Source: Spirochaetia bacterium
Lineage (GTDB): Bacteria > Spirochaetota > Spirochaetia > SZUA-6 > Bin103
Assembly: GCA_965208575.1 (NCBI GenBank)
Contig: CBDBOV010000003.1
Coordinates: 64,001 to 128,000 of the forward strand
DNA: 64,000 nucleotides
Reading direction: 5' to 3'
Position numbers and translations under genes: made by a program. Shown piece after piece: positions 52,644-61,537 of the stretch. Below the pieces are notes generated by a model. It was not told the origin of the DNA. It saw only the letters and a program-made list of their open reading frames with translations, and searched no databases. Numbering within the stretch: the first letter of the stretch is position 1; each line of letters opens with the position of its first letter.

Positions 52644-53603
52644 ATGAGAGCGTATATCATCCGCCGCGTTCTGCTTCTCATACCCACCTTCCTGCTGCTG
52701 TCGATCCTGGTGTTCCTGTCCCTGCGTTTCCTCCCGGGCGACGCCATAGATGCGTTGGCGGCGCAAATGGCGAGTTTCATGGACCCCGATATAGACCGTG
52801 AAAAGCTGGAGCGGATGTTGGGACTGGACCGGCCGATCTACGTGCAGTATGGACGCTGGCTGGGGGGTATCTTCCTGCACGGCACGCTGGGCGATTCCCT
52901 GCTGGGCGCCTGGCGGGTCGAGGAGAAGATACTCGCCAGATTACCGGCAACCGTCCAACTGGGAGTGATGGCGATCGTGATCGGTCTGCTGATCGGGCTG
53001 CCGGTCGGCATCTACTCGGCGATGCGCCGCAATACGGCCGCCGACTACGTCGGTCGGTCGGTCGCCATCATCGGCCTGGCGACCCCCAACTTCTGGCTGG
53101 CGACCCTGATCCTGACCTTTCCCGCCATCTGGTGGGCGTGGTCGCCACCGTTGACGCTGGTGCCGTTCCGCGACGATCCGCTGGGCAGCATCGGCGTGTT
53201 CATCGTGCCGAGCCTGATTCTGGGCACCTACCTGGCCGCGGCCACGATGCGGATGACGCGCACCATGATGCTGGAGGTACTCCGGCAGGACTACGTCAGG
53301 ACCGCCTGGTCCAAGGGTCTGCAGGAGCGGGTCGTGATCGTCAGACACGCGATCAAGAATGCCCTGATCCCGGTCGTGACGCTGATCGGCTTGCAAATGC
53401 CGATCCTGATCGGCGGCTCGGTGATCATGGAGAGCATCTTCAGTCTGCCGGGGCTCGGCCGCCTCATGCTGGACGCGCTCAACGACCGCGACTACCCGGT
53501 GGTCTCCGGCGTAAACCTGACGTTCGCCGCCTCGGTAATGGCAATCAACCTGGTGGTCGACCTGATCTATGCCGTTCTGGATCCGCGGGTCGGGTACCGC
53601 TGA
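52644..53603 (+). CDS. Opp/Dpp-type ABC permease B
   Basis: MRAYIIRR, TPNFWL, QDYVRTAWSKGL. Confidence 0.93.
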   Translation: MRAYIIRRVLLLIPTFLLLSILVFLSLRFLPGDAIDALAAQMASFMDPDIDREKLERMLGLDRPIYVQYGRWLGGIFLHGTLGDSLLGAWRVEEKILARLPATVQLGVMAIVIGLLIGLPVGIYSAMRRNTAADYVGRSVAIIGLATPNFWLATLILTFPAIWWAWSPPLTLVPFRDDPLGSIGVFIVPSLILGTYLAAATMRMTRTMMLEVLRQDYVRTAWSKGLQERVVIVRHAIKNALIPVVTLIGLQMPILIGGSVIMESIFSLPGLGRLMLDALNDRDYPVVSGVNLTFAASVMAINLVVDLIYAVLDPRVGYR

Positions 53604-54535
53604 TGGCACTGATGGGTGAGCGAGTGACGGAAGAACAAGCAGCCGAACGGGCAGCCGCCGCGTCGCCGAAGCGAGCGGAGCGACGGTTGTTCCTGGGCGG
53701 GTTGCCGCGACGATTCATCAAGGAGCAGCCGCTGGGTGCGTTCGGCGGCGCGGTGCTGCTGGCGCTGGTACTGGTCAGCATCTTCGCACCGTACCTGGCG
53801 GGGCACGATCCCAACCAGATGACGCTGGCCGACCGGCTGCAGGGTCCGTCGGGCGAGTATCTCCTGGGCACCGATCAGCTCGGGCGCGACTTCCTGAGCC
53901 GCCTGATCTACGGGGCGCGCATCTCGTTGTTCGTCGGCTTGGCGGCGACCACGTTGCACGTGGTGGTTGCGGTGCTGATCGGCGGCAGCGCGGGGTTCAT
54001 CGGCGGCAAGCTGGACCTGTTGGTGCAGCGGTTCGTCGATGCCTGGATGTCGTTCCCGGGCCTGCTGCTGTTGCTCACCATCATGTCGATCGCCGGGCAG
54101 GGGCTGCTGCAGGTGATCGTGATTCTGGGGGTGTCGTCCGGCATCACCAACTCGCGGGTGGTGCGCGGCGCGGTGATCGGCATCAAGGAGAACGACTACT
54201 TCCAGGCGGCGCAGGCCATTGGCGAGCGCACTTTCGGGACCCTGCTGCGGCACGTGCTGCCCAACATCATGGCGCCGATCATCGTGATCTTCTCGATCAC
54301 CATCGGCGGCATCATCGTGGCGGAGGCTTCCTTGAGCTTCTTGGGGTTCGGTCTGCCGCCCGGGGTGCCGAGCTGGGGCGGGATGCTGAGCCGGGAGGGC
54401 CGCCAGTACATGGAGATGGCGCCGCGGCTGGCGATCTGGCCGGGCCTGTGCCTGACCATCGTCGTGTACAGCATCAACATGTTCGGCGACGCCCTGCGCG
54501 ACCTGCTCGACCCCCGCCTGCGCGGCAGCGTCTGA
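53603..54535 (+). CDS. Opp/Dpp-type ABC permease C
   Basis: LGTDQLGRD, RHVLPN, GDALRDLLDPRLRGSV; TGATG coupling. Confidence 0.92.
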   Translation: MALMGERVTEEQAAERAAAASPKRAERRLFLGGLPRRFIKEQPLGAFGGAVLLALVLVSIFAPYLAGHDPNQMTLADRLQGPSGEYLLGTDQLGRDFLSRLIYGARISLFVGLAATTLHVVVAVLIGGSAGFIGGKLDLLVQRFVDAWMSFPGLLLLLTIMSIAGQGLLQVIVILGVSSGITNSRVVRGAVIGIKENDYFQAAQAIGERTFGTLLRHVLPNIMAPIIVIFSITIGGIIVAEASLSFLGFGLPPGVPSWGGMLSREGRQYMEMAPRLAIWPGLCLTIVVYSINMFGDALRDLLDPRLRGSV

Positions 54536-54552
54536 CCGTCGCCGCTGCTTCG

Positions 54553-55074
54553 CTACAGAGCGATGACCTCGCCGGGGCGCATATCGGGCTTCAGATCCCA
54601 ATACCACGAACCGTCGGCCAGCTCCACGCGGCGTGAGCCAAGTTCGCGCAGCCGCAGCCGCAGGCTCGCCAGCTTGCGCGCCAGTACGTGGCGCGGATCA
54701 AACAGAATGATGCCGTGGTCGCAGATGTCCAGCATGAGCCAGGGGGTATCGGCCAGCTCCGTCTCGGTACGGAACACCGCGTACGGCTCGGTCGGAATCT
54801 TGCGCGCCTACAACTCACCTACGAGCGGATGGTCCCGCAACTGCAGCGCGATCTGCAGGAATGCCTCGAACACGGCAGCACGCGGGCCGCGATGGACCAC
54901 GAACAGGTCCACGTCGCTCGCCGCCTGTGCCTGTCCGCGGGCCACCGAGCCATAGAGGGCTACCGCCGACAAGCGATCCCTGAGCCGGTCGCGCACCCTG
55001 GCCAGGTACAGGTCCAGAAGCGGCTTCAGTTCGAGGTACCCCTGACCCCGATGCTGCTGGCGGAGCGACGACAC
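54553..55074 (-). pseudogene. Minimal nucleotidyltransferase (MNT) with one in-frame TAG at 54808-54810
   Basis: LYGSVARG.....SDVDL motif; two ORFs in the same frame ending WYWDLKPD..PGEVIAL. Confidence 0.8.
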
Positions 55075-55185
55075 GTCGCAATCAGAATACCACGAACCAG
55101 GCGGCGATGGGGATCCGGTACCTGCAACTACCGCGGGCCGGCAGCAACGTCGCCTTCAAGGGCACTGGCTTTCAGCGCGGCCCGG

Positions 55186-55291
55186 TTGAACTTGGGAGAC
55201 GGGGCAGGTACTGTCGGGCGCGGACGCGCATACGCGAGCGGAAGGCGGCGGCCGAGTCGCCGCTTGGCTGCCGGGCTGACCTGATGAGGCC
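55186..55291 (+). pseudogene. Scar of a second sterol desaturase copy (promoter joined to last codons)
   Basis: Matches 33780-33814 then 34796-34865, joined at CGGGCG. Confidence 0.85.
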
Positions 55292-55322
55292 CTGAAGAAG
55301 CGGCTCGGGCTCGACGGAAAGG

Positions 55323-56441
55323 TCACTTCAACGCCAGCTCGATGGCGCCACACTCCAGCAGCGAGTCACCCGTGGCCCGGAGCGTGTCCAGCACGGGATG
55401 AGTCTTCAGCCCCAGTTCGCGAATGGCCTTGGTGCACTTGGCGTGCCAGAAGTCCGGCGTGTCCGGCGTCTGCCAGTCGCCGCCCACCGCGACGTCGGGA
55501 TACAGCCCGCTGAGCGCATCGCGCATCTGCCGCGCGGTGAGCTCCCCGGACTCGTCGGTGGCGCCCAGGATGTAGCGGGATCCATTGGTGGCGACGCTGC
55601 TGGTTGCCATCAGGCGCTGCGCCTGGCCGATGTCGCGCACGTCGATCACGTTCCACAGGAAGCCGGGCGCCGCGCCCTCCAGCGACGCGATGGCCGGCCC
55701 GAAGCCGAGGCCGATCCAGTTCCCGGCGGCGTCTTGCCCGCTTTGCCCGGACAGCGCCTGGCCGATCTTCTTCTGCCACACGTTGTTCTGCGTCCTGTTG
55801 AGCACCGGACCGAGCACGTGGCTGGGCATGTTGGAGACCACGTCGATGCCGGTCTCCTCGCCCCAGGCGTAGCCATACTTCTCGGCATCCACCTTGCCCT
55901 TGGCGTAGGAGGCCTTCTCGACGTTCCACAGGTGCGCGGCGGTGCCGTGGCCACCCCAGTCCTGCTCGGTGAACTCGTAGCCGCTGGGGTCGGCTCCACC
56001 CCGCCAGCCGCTCCACACCGCCGCGCACGACGAGGTGTACACCACCCGCTTCACGCTGCCTGCCTTGCGGCACGACTCCAGCACGCCCCTGGTGCCGTCC
56101 ATGATGGCGTCGTAGGTGCGTTGCGCGCTGCCTTCTCCGTAGGCGGCATCGGTATGCAGGTCGGCGGCGACGTGAAACACCGCCGAGCAGCCGGCACACA
56201 CCTCGTCGTAGGCGCCGCCGGTGGCCTGCAGCAGGTCGGCCGCGAAGATCTCGACGCTGCCCGCGCCGAGGTGGTTCATGGCCAGCAGGAAGTCGGTCTT
56301 GTCCCGGCGGCTGGCGTCGCGCACGCTGGCGCGTACCGCGTAGCCCGCCTCGACCAGGTTCTTGACGACGTGCGATCCGATGTAGCCGGAGGCGCCGGTA
56401 ACGGCGACCGGCCCGTCGGTGGGTCCAGTGACAGGTGGCAT
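55323..56441 (-). CDS. NAD-dependent epimerase/dehydratase (dihydroflavonol reductase-like SDR)
   Basis: VTGASGYIG, VFHVAA, VYTSS, YAKGK, IDVRD. Confidence 0.9.
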   Translation of the reverse strand: MPPVTGPTDGPVAVTGASGYIGSHVVKNLVEAGYAVRASVRDASRRDKTDFLLAMNHLGAGSVEIFAADLLQATGGAYDEVCAGCSAVFHVAADLHTDAAYGEGSAQRTYDAIMDGTRGVLESCRKAGSVKRVVYTSSCAAVWSGWRGGADPSGYEFTEQDWGGHGTAAHLWNVEKASYAKGKVDAEKYGYAWGEETGIDVVSNMPSHVLGPVLNRTQNNVWQKKIGQALSGQSGQDAAGNWIGLGFGPAIASLEGAAPGFLWNVIDVRDIGQAQRLMATSSVATNGSRYILGATDESGELTARQMRDALSGLYPDVAVGGDWQTPDTPDFWHAKCTKAIRELGLKTHPVLDTLRATGDSLLECGAIELALK

Positions 56442-56466
56442 GGGTGGATGGTGTGCCTTGGGTGAG

Positions 56467-56532
56467 CGCCAAAGTCAAGCGGCGTCTCCGGCGCGGGCGA
56501 CACAGGAGATGGCGCCGTGGCCAATCTGATCA
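56467..56532. repeat. ~66-bp dispersed element, copy 3
   Basis: Collinear with 47605-47670; directly upstream of the epimerase. Confidence 0.75.
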
Positions 56533-56621
56533 ATATGATCGATGGTGGATGTCGAATCCAAATCACACTCTCTTTCGACGTACCATAATATCGATACTCT
56601 ATAGAGGGAGTGAACGTAGAT

Positions 56622-57950
56622 ATGGATATTCCGTACACTGAACGTCACGGTGAGCGTGTTCTCGAACGGTTCATTGTGGACCGCGTGCCGCACAAGCCGG
56701 TGCTCCTCGTGGAGGGCGCTCGCCAAGTGGGGAAGACGACTCTCGTGGAGCATGTCCTGGCGGGCTCGGCCAAGCCAACCGTCCGGATCAACCTGGAGCG
56801 TGACTCGCTGGATCGCATGGCGTTCGACGAATGCCGAGACTTCGCCGCGTTCCAGGACCTGCTGCTCGACCGCCACCGGTTTCGCCCGAACGCCGGCCAG
56901 GTCCTGTTCATCGACGAAGCGCAGGAGAGCCGCAGGCTCGGCGGGTTCGTGCGCTTCATGAAGGAAGAGTGGCCGCGCGCCACGGTAATTCTCTCGGGTT
57001 CGACGCTGAGGCGCCTGTTTCGCCCGCACACTCGCTACCCGGTGGGCCGCGTTCGCCGCCTGGTGCTGGGCCCGTTTTCCTTCTCCGAGTTCCTGCGGGC
57101 GGTGGGGCAGAGCCACCTGGCCGACCAGGTCCTCGGTGACGACACGCAGATCAGCGACCAGCGGCACGACCATCTGCTTGCCCGGTTCGACCAGTTTATC
57201 GCAGTGGGCGGGCTGCCCGCGGTAGTGCAGGCATACGTGGCGGGCGAGGACCACGCCCTGGTGCGCCGCCAGATCGCGGCCGACTACGAGCAGGACTTCA
57301 TACGGCTGTTCGGTGAGGAGAGCGTCGACATCGCCACCGCGTGCCTGCGCAGCGTCGCCAATTTCGTGGGCGGCGTGTCCAAGAACACCTCGGTGGTGCC
57401 GGCACCGGGTAGCCGCGTGAACGCCAGGATCAACGAGGTGTTCGCGCGCCTGGAGAGCTGGCACCTGGTCCTGCGCTCCGATCAACGGGGGTCGAGTACA
57501 TACGCCAGTCATGCCTACCTGCCCAAGCGCTACCTGTTCGACACCGGTGTGCTGCGCGAGCTGCGCGAGTCGGCCGTGCCGGCCATCAGCGCGGTGCACA
57601 CGATGGCGGCGGCCGCGCGCACTCCGCTCGGCGCAATCATCGAGAACCAGGCCGCAATCGAGCTGGCGCGCGGCGGGCGGCCGCTGGCCGGCTGGAAACG
57701 CTCTCCGGCGGGGTCGGAGATCGACTTCATCGGCAAGACCGGTACGGCGGCGGTCCCGGTCGAGTGCAAGGCGAGCCTGTCCGTGAACCTCCGGCACATG
57801 CGCGGCCTGATTGCCTATCTGCGCGCTCATGGCCAGCAGCGCGGGTACATCGCGAGCCTGGCGCCCTACGGGGAAACCGGCGTGGACGGCGCAAAGATCG
57901 TGAACCTGCCCGCCTATCTCCTGGAGCGGCTTGCGCGGGGAGTGCCGTGA
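56622..57950 (+). CDS. AAA_14 ATPase with DUF4143 / PD-(D/E)XK-like C-terminus
   Basis: GARQVGKT, FIDEAQ, LSGS, GGLP, KRYLFDTG, EIDFI...VECK. Confidence 0.87.
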   Translation: MDIPYTERHGERVLERFIVDRVPHKPVLLVEGARQVGKTTLVEHVLAGSAKPTVRINLERDSLDRMAFDECRDFAAFQDLLLDRHRFRPNAGQVLFIDEAQESRRLGGFVRFMKEEWPRATVILSGSTLRRLFRPHTRYPVGRVRRLVLGPFSFSEFLRAVGQSHLADQVLGDDTQISDQRHDHLLARFDQFIAVGGLPAVVQAYVAGEDHALVRRQIAADYEQDFIRLFGEESVDIATACLRSVANFVGGVSKNTSVVPAPGSRVNARINEVFARLESWHLVLRSDQRGSSTYASHAYLPKRYLFDTGVLRELRESAVPAISAVHTMAAAARTPLGAIIENQAAIELARGGRPLAGWKRSPAGSEIDFIGKTGTAAVPVECKASLSVNLRHMRGLIAYLRAHGQQRGYIASLAPYGETGVDGAKIVNLPAYLLERLARGVP

Positions 57951-57990
57951 GGGTTCTACCGCACCACAGCGCACTTTCGGGCGGCGGGCC

Positions 57991-58034
57991 GGGTCGGCGT
58001 GGCATCAGCGCCGTCGGCGGAGTTGCCGCCGACC
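57991..58034 (-). pseudogene. Remnant of one 72-bp repeat unit of the HNH gene
   Basis: TCGGCGTGGCATCAGCGCCGTCG is shared with 38303-38325. Confidence 0.6.
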
Positions 58035-58122
58035 GAAGAGCAGCTTCCCGGTGGGCCGCGCACCCGCCTGGTGCCGGGTCCGTTTTCCTTGCTGGCCTCG
58101 GTGCTCTCTGGCGCGAACCTCA

Positions 58123-58685
58123 TTGACGGCATTGACGGAAGTTGACGGGTAGTCGCGCGCGTGCAACACTGTCGATGGTGGGATTACGAGCACATGGGCC
58201 CAACGGCGAGAGATCCCTTGCAGCGCGGTTGCCGGTTGAAGATCACGCGACCGGTGCGCTTCCCCCGCCACGGGCGACAGCACCTGACTATCCATTCATC
58301 CGAGAAATAACTACCAACCGCCGCGGCCAACCGGGCGGCGTTCGCCGCACCTGCGTGTACGCCCGTCCGGCCCTGCGACAGCACTCCGTCCAATTCCAGG
58401 TCATTCCGTCAACTACCGGGATCGCCGCCACCCTTGCGCGTGCCTCGCGGCCGCGCGCTCGGCGTCGAGTACCGGAATTCCGCGCAACGGGGAGGTGCAA
58501 GCTGATACTCAAAGAACTGCACCATGCGCGCGGCCCGCGAGAGTTCACGACGCTCATGCCGCGCGCGTGACCACCTGAGGTTGCCCTCTCGGCTTGGCCG
58601 CCTGCGTTGCGGGCGCGAGAGTGGGCAGGGAACGGCAACTCGCACCGGAAGCACTCTCACAAACTCACATATGGGAGAGATCAGT
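58123..58685 (+). promoter_or_regulatory. Complete module promoter plus ~510-nt leader (copy B)
   Basis: TTGACG(58142)-17 bp-AACACT; 5' half matches copy A, 3' half matches copy C. Confidence 0.65.
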
Positions 58686-60494
58686 ATGAATCTTCCAAGA
58701 ATTGTACACGCCTTCGTGGTTGTGCTCGTGTTCGCCCTGACCGCGACCGGCGTCTGGGCCAGCGGCGAGAGCGACCAGCCGGCCGCGGCGGCCGAGAAGG
58801 AAATGGTGCTCGACCCCCGAACCGGGGAGATGGTGGAGGCGCCACGATATGGCGGGACATTGACCTATGCCACCGTCATGCCCGAGACGGGGGCCGCCGA
58901 CGAGGCGTTGAACGGTCGGTCCGGTCTCTTGCTCGTCCAAGGCGTGCTCGAGAAACCATCGATAGCGAACTGGGCTCTGCCTGCAGACGAATGGGGCAGG
59001 AGGATGGTCAGCTCCGACACCCCGCTCTGGAGTCTCACGGGATCGCTGGCGGAGAGCTGGGAAACACCCGACGACACGACCATCGTTCTCAACATCCGCC
59101 AGGGCGTTCACTGGCATGACAAGCCGCCGATGAACGGCCGGGAGCTGACTGCCGATGACATCGCATACAACTATCACCGCTATCTCGGTCTGGGCAGCGG
59201 CTTCACGGAGGCTGCCCCGGGAGCGGGCCCGCTGGGCGCAGTGGGAGTCGAATCGGTAACGGCCACCGACCAATGGACGGTCGTGATCGAGCTGGAGCGG
59301 CCCAACCCTGTCGCGCTGTTTACGCTCCTCCAGTGGTACACGTTCGACATCCATCCCCCGGAGGTGATCGAGGAACACGGCAACATCAACGACTGGAGGA
59401 ACCTGGTCGGCACGGGGCCGTTCATGCTGACCGACTATGTCGAAGGATCGTCCGTCACCTGGCTCAAGAATCCCAACTACTGGGGCTTCGACGAAAAGTA
59501 CCCGGACAACCGGTTGCCCTACATTGACGAGCTGGTAGCGCTGATCATGCGAGAAGAGGCCACCCGCACGGCGGCACTGCGCTCCGGCAAGCTCGACTAC
59601 AGGGGGTATGCCGGGGAAGCCCAATTGAGGACCATAGACTTGGCGGAAAGTCTCGCCAAGAGCAACCCCGAAATAACGCAGTGGCCGTACTATGTGCGGT
59701 CGGAGTTCGCTTTCGGGTTCAACACCAGCAACCCGCCGTTCGACGACATCAGGGTGCGCAAGGCACTGCAGATGGCGCTGGACATGGAGACGATCAACGA
59801 AACCTACCTCGGAGGGAGGGGAGATATCACGCCTCATGGGAAGGTCGGAACAGCTCAGAAGGGGCTCTTCGTCCCGTTCGAGGAGTGGCCGGACGAGGTG
59901 AAGAAGGGCCACAGGTACGATCCCGAAGGTGCCGAGAAGCTCCTCGATGAGGCCGGCTACCCGCGCGGCGCCGACGGCACGAGATTCAAGACCTCCGTTG
60001 TCCTTCACGCAAATACTGTTCTCAGCTACTATGAATTGGCGGCTGCATACTGGAGCGAGCTTGGCATTGATCTGGAGATTCAGGTGCTGTCTACAGGGGC
60101 CGAGTTCGGCGCGGTCCTACGTGAAGGCAGATTCGAAGCTCTTATAGGCACGATTTCGGGCGCCAACTACTTCAATGAGAATCATGCAACGGGATGGCGT
60201 TCAGGCACTTCAGGTAACGCCGCGGTCGTCAGCGATCCTCACATGGACGCCTTGATTGATGCCCTGAAGGCGAGCACGAGTCTCGACGAGTACCACGGGT
60301 GGTTCCGCGAGATAGATATGTACGCGGTGGAGCAACATTGGAATATCTGGGGTCCCGTTTCCCCGATGTATCATGTCAGCCAGCCGTGGTTGAAGGGGTA
60401 TAACGGCGAAGCGACCATGGGGAATTGGCAAATGAGCGACCTGTACGCCCGTGTCTGGATTGACCAGGAGCTGAGGGCAGAACTGGTAAATTAG
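58686..60494 (+). CDS. Family 5 (Opp/Dpp-type) solute-binding protein
   Basis: Signal peptide, APRYGG, LAESWETPD, RQGVHWH, GTGPF, NPNYWG, PPFDDIRVR. Confidence 0.93.
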   Translation: MNLPRIVHAFVVVLVFALTATGVWASGESDQPAAAAEKEMVLDPRTGEMVEAPRYGGTLTYATVMPETGAADEALNGRSGLLLVQGVLEKPSIANWALPADEWGRRMVSSDTPLWSLTGSLAESWETPDDTTIVLNIRQGVHWHDKPPMNGRELTADDIAYNYHRYLGLGSGFTEAAPGAGPLGAVGVESVTATDQWTVVIELERPNPVALFTLLQWYTFDIHPPEVIEEHGNINDWRNLVGTGPFMLTDYVEGSSVTWLKNPNYWGFDEKYPDNRLPYIDELVALIMREEATRTAALRSGKLDYRGYAGEAQLRTIDLAESLAKSNPEITQWPYYVRSEFAFGFNTSNPPFDDIRVRKALQMALDMETINETYLGGRGDITPHGKVGTAQKGLFVPFEEWPDEVKKGHRYDPEGAEKLLDEAGYPRGADGTRFKTSVVLHANTVLSYYELAAAYWSELGIDLEIQVLSTGAEFGAVLREGRFEALIGTISGANYFNENHATGWRSGTSGNAAVVSDPHMDALIDALKASTSLDEYHGWFREIDMYAVEQHWNIWGPVSPMYHVSQPWLKGYNGEATMGNWQMSDLYARVWIDQELRAELVN

Positions 60495-60516
60495 TACTGG
60501 TAAATTAGTGCCCGCT

Positions 60517-60547
60517 GAGACTGGGGGGCTCAGGCCCCCCGGTTTTC
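60517..60547 (+). terminator. Intercistronic hairpin after SBP
   Basis: GAGACTGGGGGGC-TCAG-GCCCCCCGGTTTTC. Confidence 0.6.
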
Positions 60548-60577
60548 CTCTACCCGTTGGAACTGACGTGATGTGAC

Positions 60578-61537
60578 ATGAGAGCCTACATCATCCGCCG
60601 GCTCCTGCTGATGATTCCGACCCTGTTCATAGTGACCATCGTGACGTTTCTCTCGGTGCGCTTCATTCCCGGCGATGCAATAGACGCAATGACGGTTCAA
60701 CTGGAAATGATGGGGTTTGTGCCGGACCGTGAAGCTCTCGTGAAACAGCTTGGATTGGACGTGCCGATCCACGTGCAGTATGGACGCTGGATCGGAGGTA
60801 TCCTGTTGCGCGGCACGCTTGGAAATTCACTCTGGGGGACCGATGTTTCGATAGAGCAGAGAATATCGGCCAGATTGCCGGTGACCATCGAGCTGGGTGT
60901 TCTGGCAATCCTGATCGGGCTGGTGATCGCCGTGCCGGTCGGCATCTACTCGGCGGTGCGCCGTAATTCGGCCGCCGACTACGTGGGGCGCGCCGCCGCC
61001 GTCATCGGCCTGGCAACGCCCAACTTCTGGCTGGCCCTGATGGTGATTATTTACCCGGCACTCTGGTGGGGCTGGTCGCCGCCGATGCGGCTGGTCTCTT
61101 TCACCCAAGACCCGCTCGGCAATCTCGCGGTGTTCATCGTTCCGAGCCTGATTCTGGGCACGGCTCTTGCTGCCGGCACCATGCGGCTGACGCGTACCAT
61201 GATGCTGGAGGTGCTGAGGCAGGACTATATCAGGACGGCGTGGTCCAAGGGCCTCAAGGAGCGATTCGTCATCATGAGACACGCCATCAAGAACGCCCTG
61301 ATCCCGGTGGTTACCCTGATCGGCCTGCAGTTGCCTATCCTGGTTGGTGGCTCCGTTATCATGGAGAACATCTTCAACCTGCCCGGATTGGGTCGCCTCA
61401 TGGTGTTGGCGCTCGAAGAGAGAGACTACCCGGTGGTGTCCGGGGTAAACCTGTTTTTCGCAACCGCGGTGGTGTGCTTCAATTTGATGATAGACCTGAT
61501 TTATCCTCTGTTCGACCCCCGGGTCCGCTATGCGTGA
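60578..61537 (+). CDS. Opp/Dpp-type ABC permease B
   Basis: MRAYIIRR, TPNFWL, QDYIRTAWSKGL. Confidence 0.93.
   Translation: MRAYIIRRLLLMIPTLFIVTIVTFLSVRFIPGDAIDAMTVQLEMMGFVPDREALVKQLGLDVPIHVQYGRWIGGILLRGTLGNSLWGTDVSIEQRISARLPVTIELGVLAILIGLVIAVPVGIYSAVRRNSAADYVGRAAAVIGLATPNFWLALMVIIYPALWWGWSPPMRLVSFTQDPLGNLAVFIVPSLILGTALAAGTMRLTRTMMLEVLRQDYIRTAWSKGLKERFVIMRHAIKNALIPVVTLIGLQLPILVGGSVIMENIFNLPGLGRLMVLALEERDYPVVSGVNLFFATAVVCFNLMIDLIYPLFDPRVRYA

Noticed and set aside
36553-58100. Integron cassette array
   Set aside because: No integron integrase and no recognisable RYYYAAC...GTTRRRY attC pairs
58142-58570. Protein-coding gene in the conserved leader (also 41229-41702)
   Set aside because: The two copies differ by non-triplet indels, so no single frame is conserved
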